Notes: generated by a model from the sequence alone, not told the origin. A stretch of 63,479 bases of DNA, filler included, from Octopus bimaculoides (GCF_001194135.2; 8 parts of 6 records of this genome joined end to end with filler, not necessarily neighbours in it), one strand, 5' to 3'. Positions 48,240-61,549 are shown, numbered from the whole stretch's first letter. Numbers and translations: made by a program.

Positions 48240-50020
48240 CCTCCAAATATATTTATTTACACTGACGTTACCCCACTTGATTCGAAAGAGAGAAAATCAT
48301 AGATGCTTTGAATTCAAAAGATTTATTGAATCAATTAATATGGAGAATACAATTATAGATATAAAAAGTATAAGTCAAATCCGATAAAATAAATTAATAC
48401 CCTCGTTACGAAACAAAAGGATTGTTCTAGAAACTTTTTCAACTCAGGTTATAGAGAAATGATGTTGTTTCCTTTTTGTTACAATTACATCAAAATTGGA
48501 GCATTTTGATGCGAGAGCAATTTGGATCCAGTCTTCGGAGTCCAATCAATTTTGCTAAAGGGCTGCATTGAATAACTACTTAAATCTACTTAAACAAGGC
48601 AAAAACACGTTTGTCAAAAAATAAGGTTAGGGCCGATTATAGACAATTGACAAATAATATCTGTTGCTTTAACAACCAAATTGTAGTTCAAAATGTTTTC
48701 TTTTAATTTTTCAATACTTCTCAGACGATTTGTATAGACAACGTACTTAGGAAAAAGTCAAGAAGTGTTATGTCTGGGTACCTCGGATGTCAAGACACGG
48801 GATCTCGTGTGCCAATCCATCGATTGGCGAAATTAACATTTAAAAAATTTCTGAAATGGTTCTAAAATAATAACAAATATGATGTTATGGCAAAGTGTTA
48901 TTTTACTGGTGTGCAGCTTTTGCACCACCCTGTGTATTGATTCCCTCAATGGTTGTGCACATTTTAAGGTTTATACCTCTTCTTTGTAGACCAATATTGT
49001 TTATCATCAAAGCGATCGATTCACAGATTTGTTAGAGTATCTGACAAAATGCAAAGCAGTACTAGTTCTGCTTCTCTGTGCTCTGCATTCAAATTCTGCA
49101 GAAGTCAACTTCGCAGTCCATAAATAAGAAACCAAGCATGTACCGGAATCGATTCTTCTTCTTCTTCTTCTTCTTCTTCTTCTTCTTCTTCTTCTTCTTC
49201 TTCTTCTTCTTCTTCTTCTTCTTCTTCTTCTACTTTTCGGATCTCGAGTGAGACTGGCTCCGTCATGTTTAAAGTGCCAAAATACGCCGTATACCATGAC
49301 GGCAGCCCAACAACGCTAACAAAATTAGAGAACCAGTTCCATCTTTGCCTCCACACCAGGAATCGGCGAATCAGGGTACATTATTCCAAGTGAGGCAAAA
49401 ATGAAATTCTTGGATTTAATGAGGACTCATTAGACACAAGTAAAATTATATAAAAATAATACGTGCTCCTTGGTACGATAGAAATTTTTCTTCTGGCAAC
49501 ACTCCATATGACCAGTGCAATGGACGTGTTTAGGAGACGTCACGTTATCTTGAACTATAAACAATTTGGTTGCTAAGGTGTTGTCAAGTGACTAAACAGA
49601 TTTTATTTTTCAGTTGACTATTGCCAGCCTTAACCTTATTTCTTGACAAACTTGTTTTTGGTTTGTTTAAGTAGACTTAAGTAGTTATTCAATTCAGCCC
49701 TTTAACAAAATTGATTGGACCTCGAAGACTGGATCCAAATTGCTCTGGCATCAAAATGCTCCAATTTTGATGTAATTGTAACAAAAAGGAAAAAACATCA
49801 TTTCTCTATAACCTGAGTTGAAAAAGTTTCTAGAACAATCCTTTTGTTTCGTAACGAGGATATTAATTTGTTTTATCGGATTTGACTTATACTATATATA
49901 TCTATAATTGTATTCTCCATATTAATTGATTCAATAAACCTTTCGAATTCAAAGCATCTATGATTTTCTCCCTTTCGAATCAAGTGGGGTAACGTCAGTG
50001 TAAATAAATATATTTGGAGG
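48240..50020. mobile_element. Foldback-type DNA transposon, about 455-475-bp TIRs, TA TSD
   Basis: TIRs 48240-48692 and 49548-50020; ends TA|CCTCCAAAT...ATTTGGAGG|TA; no transposase recognised inside. Confidence 0.9.
49154..49232. repeat. (TTC)n microsatellite
   Basis: Visible. Confidence 0.95.
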
Positions 50021-50564
50021 TAATTGGTTAAAGAAATTCCAAGACCCCTGCTCTACACCATCCCATTCAGTAATGTTCGACCTGCGTTCGAAGTATTCAA
50101 ATGCCACCATTTTGGGAACTTCCATTATTTTAAAAGGAGAGAGTATGCGCCTTAGTCCGACACAATATAAGGACAATAACGTTACCTGTTTGGCGTTGTG
50201 TTTTAAGCTAAAAATTTTAACTAGTATAGATAAATACATAGATTTTGGAGTCAACATGGCTTCAGCCGATTGGCACAAATGAGAAATAGAAAGTGTGTGT
50301 GTGTGTGTGTGTGTGTTGTTGTTTTTTTTATTTTGCATATCAAAAAGTAAATATATGCATAATCCAATTTTTATGTTCGAAGTCTGTAGACTTATTTACG
50401 TGAGATAAACAGATTAAATAGGCGGGAATGCAATATCTGTTTATTTCACGTAAATTAACACACACCCCCACCCACCCCCACACACACACGCATGCATACA
50501 CACTCATATGCACACACATGCATATATGTGTGTATATATATTATATACATACATGTGTATATAC

Positions 50565-50604
<40 letters not shown>

Positions 50605-51074
50605 GTATGTATGTATACATGTATAGAAATATATAGAAATACATGTATATAAATATATATAAAAGAATATACATGGTGACAGTAAGTAATGAGAGAGAGA
50701 GAGAGAGAGAAACAAAGAAAGGGGGAGAAACAGAGGGAAAGAGAGAGTAAATAAAATAGAGAGAGTTCGTTGTCCTTCTATCTAGTTCTGCTTTGCAGTC
50801 TTATATTCGTTGTTTTAATGGCTTCTTGTAGAATATGTTGATAGCAACTAGCTTACGTAGGAGTATTCGACAACAAAAGAGAAAAACAATTAGATAACAA
50901 TGTTAGCATTATTAACCACAAAACATAAATGAATAAATAAATAAGTAATCATACGCTTGCAGTCCTCTAGTAATAAGCTATAAACATGCAGATACAAGAC
51001 CCTGGTATCCTTGTATTAAGAAGACAACACATTACTCTAGTAATTTCTACCATCTTAAGTTTGGGTGAATCGTA

Positions 51075-51600
51075 AGCACGCAGGACAAAAATTCTTAGCG
51101 GTATTTCGTACGTCTTTATGTCCTGAGTTCAAATTCCGTCGATATCGACTTTACCTTTCCGCATCACTAAAGTAAAATATGTACTAGTCAAACATTGGTG
51201 CTGATGCAAGCGATTTCTCCCCCTACCCTCAAAAACTGCTTACCCTGTGNNNNNNNNNNNNNNNNNNNNNNNNNNNNNNNNNNNNNNNNNNNNNNNNNNN
51301 NNNNNNNNNNNNNNNNNNNNNNNNNNNNNNNNNNNNNNNNNNNNNNNNNNNNNNNNNNNNNNNNNNNNCCCTGTGCTAATTTTTTTTTTTTTACAACATA
51401 AAGTGGCAAGCTGGCGGAATGTTCAACGGAATTTCATCCGACTTTAAGTTCTGAGTTCAAATTCCACCAAAGTCGACTTTGTCTTTCATCTTTTTGAGTT
51501 TCATAAAATAAGTACCCGTTGAATACTAGGATCTATATAATTGGCTCGCTCTCTCCCCACATGATTTCGAGTAAAACGTTATTTCTAACATTGTTTCTAG
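51075..51600 (+). mobile_element. Two SINE family B copies separated by a gap (51075-51249, 51405-51600)
   Basis: tgagttcaaattcc core in both. Confidence 0.7.
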
Positions 51601-52024
51601 CATAGGTCCCAAATACTTAATCAGTACTTTATTTATTGCTATAAAGACACGCAAGTAAATACCACAAAGCATTTTGTCCAAAGAGTCTGCCATTCTAGCG
51701 CTCTGGATTTCTTTTTTTCTTTTTTTTTTTTTTTGGTTTCTAAAGAGTAAAGTATGCACAAGGCTTGAAATTTTGAAGGAGGATTTATTCGATGAAACTG
51801 ATCCCTGTACTTAATTTGTGCTTTATGTTGTTGATATCCAGAAATATTGAAAGCGATCTTGATCTACTAAACAGTGCTCTAGTATTAAGAACGCACAAGG
51901 TACCCAAGAGTTAAATACAGTACCCTAGCATTAAGACTACACAGATTCAGTACTCTAGTATTAAGAATACATGAGGAGGGTGTCATAGTATTAGGACATA
52001 TAGAGTACAGTAATAATGTTTTCA

Positions 52025-52462
52025 AGTTTTGGCACAAAGCCAGCAGGTTCAGAGGAAGGGTTAAGTCAATTACAGCAATCCCTATACTCAAGTGGTACTT
52101 ATTTTATCGACCCGGAAAAGATGAAAAGCAAAGTCGACCTTGGTGGGATTTAAACTCAGAACAAAAAGACGAACGAAATGCCTCTAAACAGTTTGCCCTG
52201 CATGATAACGAATCTGCCAGTTCACCACCTTAGAGTACGGTAATAATCATCTCTACTATAGACACATGGCCTGAAATTTGGAGGGAGGGGAATAGTCGAT
52301 TACATTGACTCCAGTATTTCACTGGTACTTAATTCATCGACCCCAAAAGGATGAAAGGCGAAGTCGACCTTGGTGGAATGTGAACTCAGAACATAGCGAC
52401 GAGCGAAATACTGCTAAGCATTACGTCCGGCGTACTAACGATTTTGCCAGTTCGCCGCCCAA
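52025..52462 (-). mobile_element. Two adjacent SINE family B copies
   Basis: aaagtcgaccttggtgg...aactcagaac core twice. Confidence 0.8.
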
Positions 52463-52614
52463 GAGCATGGTAATAAGAAGAATACACATGTACAGTATCC
52501 TAGTAATAAACGATTAAAATAGAGAAAATTACTCACGAGAAAAGATGGGTTTGTCACTTCTAGGATACCTTAAATCAAGAGGGTGACTGTAGCTAATAAA
52601 TAAATATACATAGA

Positions 52615-52849
52615 TACTCTTTTACTCTTTTACTTGTTTCAGTCATTTGACTGCGGCCATCCTGGAGCAGCGCCTTTAGTAGAAGAAATCGCCCCCAGGA
52701 CTTATTCTTTGTAAGCCTAGTATTTATTCTATCGGTATCTTTTGCCGAACCGCTAAGTTACAGGGACGTAAATACACCAGCATCGGTTGTCAAGCAATGT
52801 TGGGGGAACAAACACAGACTTACAAACATACACACACACACACACACAC

Positions 52850-52892
<43 letters not shown>

Positions 52893-53061
52893 TATATACG
52901 ACGGGCTTCTTTCATTTTCCGTCTACCAAATCCACTCACAAAGCTTTGGTCGGCCCGAGGTTATAGTAGAAGACACTTGCCCAAGGTGCCACGCAGTGGG
53001 ACTGAACCCGGAACCATGTGGTCGGTAAGCAAGCTACTTACCACACAGCTACTCCACTCCT
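52615..53061 (-). mobile_element. SINE family C, full-length, with internal CA/TA microsatellite
   Basis: tRNA-like head GGTTCCGGGTTCAGTCCCACTGCG on minus; further partial copies near 26.3, 28.9, 29.8, 30.6, 34.2, 59.6 and 61.7 kb. Confidence 0.9.
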
Positions 53062-53749
53062 AAGCAGATAGATAACAACTGCTTCATGCTACACAGTGTT
53101 CGTCACATAAACACATTACTATTTATGTCGACGTAAAGTCTTTATAGTTAGAGAAAGAGTAAATGGCAAATTATGACGTTCATCCCAACCTAAAGGGCAT
53201 TAGCAGCAGAACTAAAGTAAACTGGAATCAAAGTTTGATCGAAATCGCTCTTTCGATTTAGGAGGAGATTGCTTCGTGTTTTAATGATTTCTTATGTTTC
53301 TAAACAAAAACCAATAAAGTAAGTGACAAAGATAGATTGTATGCTAGCGATCACATAACAGATATTATGTGATGAATGGCATTAGAAAAGATCGTGCGAC
53401 AGAGAAAACATCTTGCTGTATGATCTAAATCTAGGGCTTCTATTTGGTTGTTCAACCTGCAAGAAATAACAATCAATTCTCTCTAAATAACATATCAATG
53501 TCTCAAAAATGTTTTACATAATGCTGTCTGAAACAAACTATATTTCAAAGTCAGTATTTGTACAGATTCTCAGCTATCTGAGTTAAAATAACGCAGAGGT
53601 CAGCTTCCCCTTCAATCATTTCGTGGTTAATACGTAAAGTATCAGCCCAGACAGACAAATAAATTAATGTAATTGTGGGATAAAATAATTTCTGATACTT
53701 CACGTTCTGTGATGAATTTGTATCTTATCAACGCGATTGTGACTTACAG

Positions 53750-53810
53750 GAAAATAAATCGGATGAAAGCCACGGAAAGAAAAAAGAAACCCACTGTCCT
53801 ACTCTATCAG
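53750..53810 (+). CDS. Candidate 61-nt exon (KINRMKATERKKKPTVLLYQ or ENKSDESHGKKKETHCPTLS)
   Basis: Acceptor gtgacttacag, strong donor CAG|GTAAAT; phase-compatible with MSVHY-T; adjacent to a TE, so may be chance. Confidence 0.2.
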
Positions 53811-54179
53811 GTAAATTCCATGTTAAACACATAGCGCTTGACAACAAAGCCACTCATCGAGGATCGTTGAAGACTTCTTTCGGACAGAAAAAGTAGACGG
53901 TTGTTCCTGAGAATTGGACAGAAAAAGTAGAAGGTTGTTCCTGAAATGCGTTGTTCCTTCGTTTCAGCCATCACAAAAGTCAACGAACAGGGGAGAAGAA
54001 CTGCAAAACAAAGATGCACCACGTGGCAATACGACTAGACAGAGCAATAATATATTTAAAAGGTTGTTTGTTATGGCCGGTCAGTGACCTTTGGTTTCGC
54101 CCCTATTAAGTGCTTAGCTGCATAGGTGACTCACATGGTCGGAGGCACGTAACATCTCTACAACTGGAGGGAGAAAACG

Positions 54180-54960
54180 TTATGGTCAGAACAAAGTCCT
54201 ACTGACAAGCTCTCGGGCAGGACGAGTTTATCCTCCTTACATCAGTTCCAGCCGTGTCCGTAACGATTTTCGAAGCTAGTGGCGTGTTCCTATTCGGCAA
54301 ATGGGGAATTCCAATCTTGTAACAGGAAACGCCTCTGATGACAAAAACGCTTCTTTTCTTGAATTTAAAAAGGTCCTCAGATCAAGTGAGTTTTTCGGGA
54401 TCCTTATTCTCACGGCCAAGCAAAGCTTACATCATTTGCTCCTGTTGAGGTATGGCCCCAGTTGATTTAGCAACTTCGAAGCTATTATGCATAGCGTGTC
54501 CTCCTCTTTTAAACCCCATATGTAGTTGGCCAGGAACGTGATGTTGCGCCTCTCCGGGATCNNNNNNNNNNNNNNNNNNNNNNNNNNNNNNNNNNNNNNN
54601 NNNNNTTAATTAATTAANNNNNNNNNNNNNNNNNNNNNNNNNNNNNNNNNNNNNNNNNNNNATATATACATATATGAAGATTTCTTCCGGGTGTTAATCT
54701 ATCACTCCCGTGTTTGGCCGGAAGACTTTATTTATTGTCTTCGCCTGTCGTTTCAAATTACATTTGCTAACTTTCGTACGTCCACCGTGTATTATTATTT
54801 TTGCTCGGGCCCTAATTCTACGCAAATCTTGCAAGTGACACCGATATACGAAGTTCCCAGCCTTATCGTTAAAGGCACGAAACTGTATTTTTGTAATTTT
54901 GGTCGAAACTGTATTAGTATTATTGGTCGATAACTGAGGAATAATTAGGGTCCTTGTGTC
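54180..54960 (-). mobile_element. Penelope-like GIY-YIG C-terminus and 3' region
   Basis: NITFLANYIWGLKEE...PYLNRSK*CKLCLAVRI...LNSRKE matches the PLE C-terminal pattern; upstream VYRC segment. Confidence 0.7.
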
Positions 54961-55598
54961 TGTTCTACGTGTACATTTTGCAGTATTTAATGCATTTTTC
55001 ATATATATTATATATATAAATTATATTATATTAAATTATATATATATATATTATATAATATTATACATATTATATATGTATGTATGCATACATACATATA
55101 TATATATAATGTATGTAAGTGTGTGTCCGTGCGTGTTTGTGTGTGTCTGTGTGTTTGTACACACACACACATACATATATCTGTATTTATGCCTCCTATC
55201 CATCCCTCTGTCTCTCTGTCTCTTAGTATATATAAATATGCATATATGTCGACACATAGGCGCATATATTCGCAAGATGGAGAGATGAAACAAGGAACTA
55301 ATGATCAGCGAATATGCTTTCAGCAAAAATAAAAATTTCTATGTCATACATTGCTTCCTTGAAATTCGGTATTGAGTTCTTGTTTGCCATATTGTGAGAT
55401 TTATTTCAACGATGAAATACATATCCCCACATATACAAGCGCGCGCGCACACACGCACACACATTCAAACGCACATTTACACATTAATATGTATGCCTAT
55501 CTATCTCTAAATATTCAGCAAGTTATCTCGCTTCTGTTTCTTTTCTAAACTATGTTCGTCTTTTTGTTTTTAACTTATGGATGCACCAGAAAACTCAA

Positions 55599-55653
<55 letters not shown>

Positions 55654-56039
55654 NNNNNNNNNNNNNNNNNNNNNNNNNNNNNNNNNNNNNNNNNNNNNNN
55701 NNNNNNNNNNNNNNNNNNNNNNNNNNNNNNNNNNNNNNNNNNNNNNNNNNNNNNNNNNNNNNNNNNNNNNNNNNNNNNNNNNNNNNNNNNNNNNNNNNNN
55801 NNNNNNNNNNNNNNNNNNNNNNNNNNNNNNNNNNNNNNNNNNNNNNNNNNNNNNNNNNNNNNNNNNNNNNNNNNNNNNNNNNNNNNNNNNNNNNNNNNNN
55901 NNNNNNNNNNNNNNNNNNNNNNNNNNNNNNNNNNNNNNNNNNNNNNNNNNNNNNNNNNNNNNNNNNNNNNNNNNNNNNNNNNNNNNNNNNNNNNNNNNNN
56001 NNNNNNNNNNNNNNNNNNNNNNNNNNNNNNNNNNNNNNN

Positions 56040-56083
<44 letters not shown>

Positions 56084-56499
56084 GCACGCACGCACGCACG
56101 CACAGTCACGCCACACTCGCATTCATATGGAAACACGTGACTCTGTGACGTAGTGCATGTGGCCAGCAAATGTCAAAGTTCAGAACGTAATACAAATGCA
56201 ACACGGATAAAACATTCACATGGGAGGTTCATCCATTATTATTAATATTTTAATATTTGATGAGGGCATAATGCTTTTACATGTACGCACATACTCATGT
56301 GCACACACACACACATAATCACACACACACACACGCACACACACATATATACACACGCATATATATAAATCTATGAATACATATACATATATACATACAT
56401 ACATACATACATACATACATGAATACTTACACACAGACATAAATATATATCTATACACAAGTAGTCACAGGTATGCATGCAAACATCAAAACATAAATA

Positions 56500-56538
<39 letters not shown>

Positions 56539-57081
56539 GCGCGCGCGCACGGGCGCACATCCTTACACTCGGATATTGTTTCTTGTCTCTATTTTCTCAT
56601 TGTTTCGTCCTCTTTATCTTCGTCGCTAAACCATTGTTCGTAGGGGAAAAAAAAAGAGAAAAAAATCGGGACAGTTACTTTGACACTACGAATTTAGGGA
56701 GAGAAAAATCATAGCTTGAGATTTAGGGATTTTAGTTTAAAAACTAAAACAAAAAACAAAATAATAATTAATAACTCAGAACCTTAGAAGGGGGATCAGC
56801 AAATGAAAATCCCTTTCTCTCTATGTAACTAGCTATGTCACAATGCCTCTCATGGTTCGGGTTAGGGTTCGAAAGCTGTGTATATGATTAATGCTTCTTA
56901 CAGTGGAGAGAAATCCAACATGCTTAGAATGGCTATTGGTCGTATGGTGCAAAACCACTACATAATTTCAGCACTTTGTTAAAGGTAAGTCTTTGCTTTG
57001 TGTCCCTTCAGAGAACGTTCTCGGTGAATTTTTTTATTACATCGATGCTCCGTCTAATTCTGGACTTTACTCGGATTACAC

Positions 57082-57172
<91 letters not shown>

Positions 57173-57829
57173 GTCTCNNNNNNNNNNNNNNNNNNNNNNN
57201 NNNNNNNNNNNNNNNNNNNNNNNNNNNNNNNNNNNNNNNNNNNNNNNNNNNNNNNNNNNNNNNNNNNNNNNNNNNNNNNNNNNNNNNNNNNNNNNNNNNN
57301 NNNNNNNNNNNNNNNNNNNNNNNNNNNNNNNNNNNNNNNNNNNNNNNNNNNNNNNNNNNNNNNNNNNNNNNNNNNNNNNNNNNNNNNNNNNNNNNNNNNN
57401 NNNNNNNNNNNNNNNNNNNNNNNNNNNNNNNNNNNNNNNNNNNNNNNNNNNNNNNNNNNNNNNNNNNNNNNNNNNNNNNNNNNNNNNNNNNNNNNNNNNN
57501 NNNNNNNNNNNNNNNNNNNNNNNNNNNNNNNNNNNNNNNNNNNNNNNNNNNNNNNNNNNNNNNNNNNNNNNNNNNNNNNNNNNNNNNNNNNNNNNNNNNN
57601 NNNNNNNNNNNNNNNNNNNNNNNNNNNNNNGGACCGTTTGAGAGTGGTTATTTATAGAACACTTTCCTTTCAATTATTCTACACTCCTTATAGTTATGTG
57701 GTGTTTAAATAGATTTTCGAGCTGGTTGTTCTATTTAAATTGTGATGGAAATGGTAGTGGGGGATTACAAGTCAATAGGTACCATGCAGTTAATAAAATT
57801 AAGTATTTAATTGTAAATTTTATAAAAAT

Positions 57830-59490
57830 TTTCAATTTATAAACTGGAAGTCAATCATTAAATTTGTCGATCACTAAATTTGAAGGTAAACATTGGATTA
57901 GGAAATTTGTCAATCGTTAAATTTGAAGATAAATATTGGATTAGAAAAGACCAACCAGATATGTTCGACATAACTATGGGCTCAATAGATTCAGCACAGG
58001 TGACATATTTAGTCGAAGTTTATATACTAGAATGCATTAATAAAGAATTCCCTGAAGTCGGAGGAGGTCTCGTATGTAGAGACGATGCACTTTTCACACT
58101 ATATAAGCCTTCAAATAGTGATTTTCTTCAAACGCTAAGGACTTGGCATTTCAATTGAAGAACACAATGCAGTAAACTTCTCGAGTATAACACTAGATCT
58201 AAAATCTAATGCTTACCTAGTATAACAAATAAATTAGTAGAAACTATTTCAACCCGTATCTCTAATCTCTGCCGATGAAGAAATTCTAAAATTAAATACA
58301 GATTAGTACAATTTAGCTCTAGAAAAAGCAGAGTATAGGAAAAAATTAAAATTTTGTAAAACTAATAATAGGGCGGATAATCATAATACAACACAAATTA
58401 ACTTAAGAACAAATGATAATAATGGAATGATTAATTCTGACTACAAAAATAGAAACAATAAAGATAAAGTTAAAGAAAATAAGAAAACTCTAGATAATGA
58501 AAAGGTAACTGAATATAGCAAACGTATAAATAAAAAGTATGACCATAATAACGAGACGGATGCTTAACCACAAGAATAATAACCGAAAGAACAATGACAA
58601 AACACAACATTCTAATAATGTAAAGAACTATAAAAACCACTTTAATACACGACCTAATTCCATTAATAATAAATACTATAATAGGAAAATTAAATAAAAG
58701 AACCCTAACCTAATAGAAAATGAAGGTAAAAAGTTTACTCAAACCATAAACTTAAATTATGATTCTAACTATAAGTTAAGAAATTATGCTAAAGATATAG
58801 ATTGGATGATAATCCCCTTCATTAAACAAGTTAAGTCAAAGATACCTCGAATGTTCTATGAAGCACTAGATAATTTTCTTTCCGGTAACGAATAAATATC
58901 ACGATCTATTTAATAAAGAAAAAGAAATCAAAATTGCGTTTTCAAACTCTAGAAACTTAGCTTAAATTATAGCCGCTCACAACAACACATAAAAAGTAAG
59001 AACTCAAAATTATAACATTAATAAGGTAAATAAAAATGTAAACCAAATTAAAAATGATTATAATAATACTTAAAAAAAACGATAGTAAAATGATTAACCC
59101 AAAGTCTAATGAAACCACAATTAAGAAAACAAAGAAAGACCAAAGGGAAACTACTCATTTAAATAATTCCATAGATACTATATATAAAAGACAGACACAC
59201 ATGACGATTAGAAAGAGCAATAATTATTTTGAAAGCAATGATAATAAAAGTAATCAGCAAAAATATAAAATAAACAGAAACATTATAAAATCTGATGATG
59301 AAGACGTAGCTAGTTTAATACAAAGAAAATGTCATTGCGCTAGAACACAATGCAAATTTTAAAATAATTGTAGAATAAAAAATACCGTGTATGGATGTGT
59401 AGTAACAACAGATACAAATATATATTACTATATAGGAATTAGTTCATACTTCATAAAACAAAGAATAGCAAATCATGTACGTAGGAAATC
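57830..59490 (+). mobile_element. Penelope-like element remnant (RT core to GIY-YIG)
   Basis: FDITMGSIDSAQVTYLVEVYIL...RDDAL (PLE RT) and CHCARTQCKF*NNC...VYGCVV...YYIGISSYFIKQRIANH (GIY-YIG). Confidence 0.9.
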
Positions 59491-59544
59491 TTCAATCGCA
59501 CAAAGTCGAGATGGCGATGCACCACTGAAACAACGTCCGTATTA

Positions 59545-59809
59545 CTCTTTACTCCTACTCTTTTACTTGTTTCAGTCATTTGACTGCGGCCATGCTGGAG
59601 CACCGCCTTTAGTCGAGCAAATTGACCCCAGGACTTATTCTTTGTAAGCCTAGTACTTATTCTATCGGTCTTTTTTGCCGAACCGCTAATTTACGGGGAC
59701 GTAAACACACCAGCATCGGTTGTCAAGCGATGTTGGGTGGGGGGACAAACACAGACACACAAACATATACACACACATACATACATATATATACATATAT
59801 ACGACAGGC
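59545..59809 (-). mobile_element. SINE family C 3' half
   Basis: Matches 52615-52850. Confidence 0.9.
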
Positions 59810-59934
59810 NNNNNNNNNNNNNNNNNNNNNNNNNNNNNNNNNNNNNNNNNNNNTTAATTAATTAANNNNNNNNNNNNNNNNNNNNNNNNNNNNNNNNNNN
59901 NNNNNNNNNTATATATATATATAGATAGATAGAC

Positions 59935-59970
<36 letters not shown>

Positions 59971-60487
59971 CTCCAAATATGCACATGTATATACGTATGT
60001 AATTATGAAAACATAAATATATATACACACATATATATATGCCTCTGTCAGCGCACACACGCATACACACACACACACATGCAGGCACATACACACACAC
60101 ACGCATACAGAAACACGTATACACATATTTATGTAACTATTTCTAGGATAATTACTCATCTTCGCAATTGAGGTCCTATAAAGTCGCTTCTGTTTATGTT
60201 AATTGCATGTATGTGTGTGTGTGTGTGTGTACCTGTACGTGTGTATGTGTGTGCGCGTGTGTATATATATCCATATATAAATCTACCCATCTTTCTCTCC
60301 CCTCAATCTGATGGCTCTCTCTCTCTCTCTCTGTCTATCTGTCAGTCTGTCTCACTGTCTCTCCCTCTGTCTCTCAGTCTTTCTCTGTCCCTGTTTCCGT
60401 CTTTCTCTCTCTCTCTTCCCTTTTCTCTCTGTTTCTTTCTCTCTCTTCCCTTCTCTTTTTGTCTCTCTCTCTCTCTTTTTCTCTCGC

Positions 60488-60765
60488 TGACAGAATCATT
60501 AGAGCGTCAAAGCGTCAGACAAAATTCCCAGCGATATTTCTTCAAATTAATTACATTCGGAGTTCAAATTCCATCGACTCCGACTTGGCTTTTCATCGTT
60601 GAGGGCAAGTACCATAGAGCAAGTACCAGGACAGCACTGGGGTCGAGAGTATAGACTTCCACTCTCTTCTTCTATCTACACTAGTGCTGAACTGGTACTT
60701 ACTCTAGTGACCCCCTAAACGAAGAAAAGCTAAGTCGAACTCCGTGGAGTTTGAACTCAGGATAT
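60488..60765. mobile_element. Two SINE family B fragments in opposite orientation
   Basis: ggagttcaaattcc (+) and gagtttgaactcag (-). Confidence 0.55.
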
Positions 60766-60879
60766 AATGAATTTGATTCCCTAATGAATTTAATTCCTTA
60801 AGTTTGGATATGTATATATATATATATTTATATATAACTTAAATAACTTAGATAACATGTTTTCTCCAACGGTTGGTCC

Positions 60880-61310
60880 AAGCTTTGTCTAAATTAATAG
60901 CACCAGCTAATAGGATCTGCTGAGTCATTTTAAAGTCAAATTTCTGTGGGATCATGGCCCATTCAAGGAGGGAGTCCTTGACTGAGATATATTCAGGTTT
61001 AGATAACTTATCTGATATTCCTTCGAGAAATTCGTCCGGGTTCCGTTGGAAGATGATGGGATTTTTTTTTCCTCTGATTTCTTTTGAGACAGTATTAAAT
61101 AAAGCAGAGCCTGTTGAAGAAAAGTAATTGTGTTGCAGTGAATTTATTTGTTGCGATCCTGAATTGTGTAGGGACGTATGACACGTGGCCTCAGCCTTGT
61201 GGGAATTCTGAATCTAAAGTTAAGGTACCTTGAACAACTGTACGCTAATATCGATAATAGAGATGAGTACGCACACTACCATGTTGAACAATTGTGACGA
61301 TCTATCTGCA
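60880..61310 (-). mobile_element. CR1/L2-group LINE ORF2 C-terminus
   Basis: Open frame SLQHNYFSSTGSALFNTVSKEIRGKKNPIIFQRNPDEFLEGISDKLSKPEYISVKDSLLEW resembles the LINE pattern NSFxxxGPxLFNxxP...FKxxLDxFL..IPD.P. Confidence 0.65.
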
Positions 61311-61549
61311 TAGAAGCATTGGTTGCCTTGTTAACTATAAATAATATACATACATACGTACATACATACATACATACATATATGTATATATAATAATGGA
61401 AAAATTATACAAAATAATTAGATGATGAGTAAAGCACCAGTGCAGTTTCGATTACCTGTTGTCATCTGTAGATTTATTGTAGGAACTTCGAAATGGCGGT
61501 TGCGGTAACAGTATTAATAAAATAGATGGATGAAACGAATAAAAGATTT

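Larger units (their letters stand above)
47933..50282 (+). pseudogene. Unidentified intronless ORF remnant interrupted by a foldback element (47933-48239 + 50023-50282)
   Basis: Removing 48240-50022 gives one frame of about 185 codons with 2 internal stops. Confidence 0.5.

Noticed and set aside
53882-53945. 34-bp tandem duplication as a functional repeat
   Set aside because: Only two copies, next to a decayed PLE; ordinary slippage duplication.
12811-59865. Seven identical TTAATTAATTAA islands as a biological repeat or homeodomain site array
   Set aside because: They are embedded as 44N+12+44N = 100 bp (counted at 12767-12866; the others look the same). This is a synthetic scaffolding spacer with stops in six frames.
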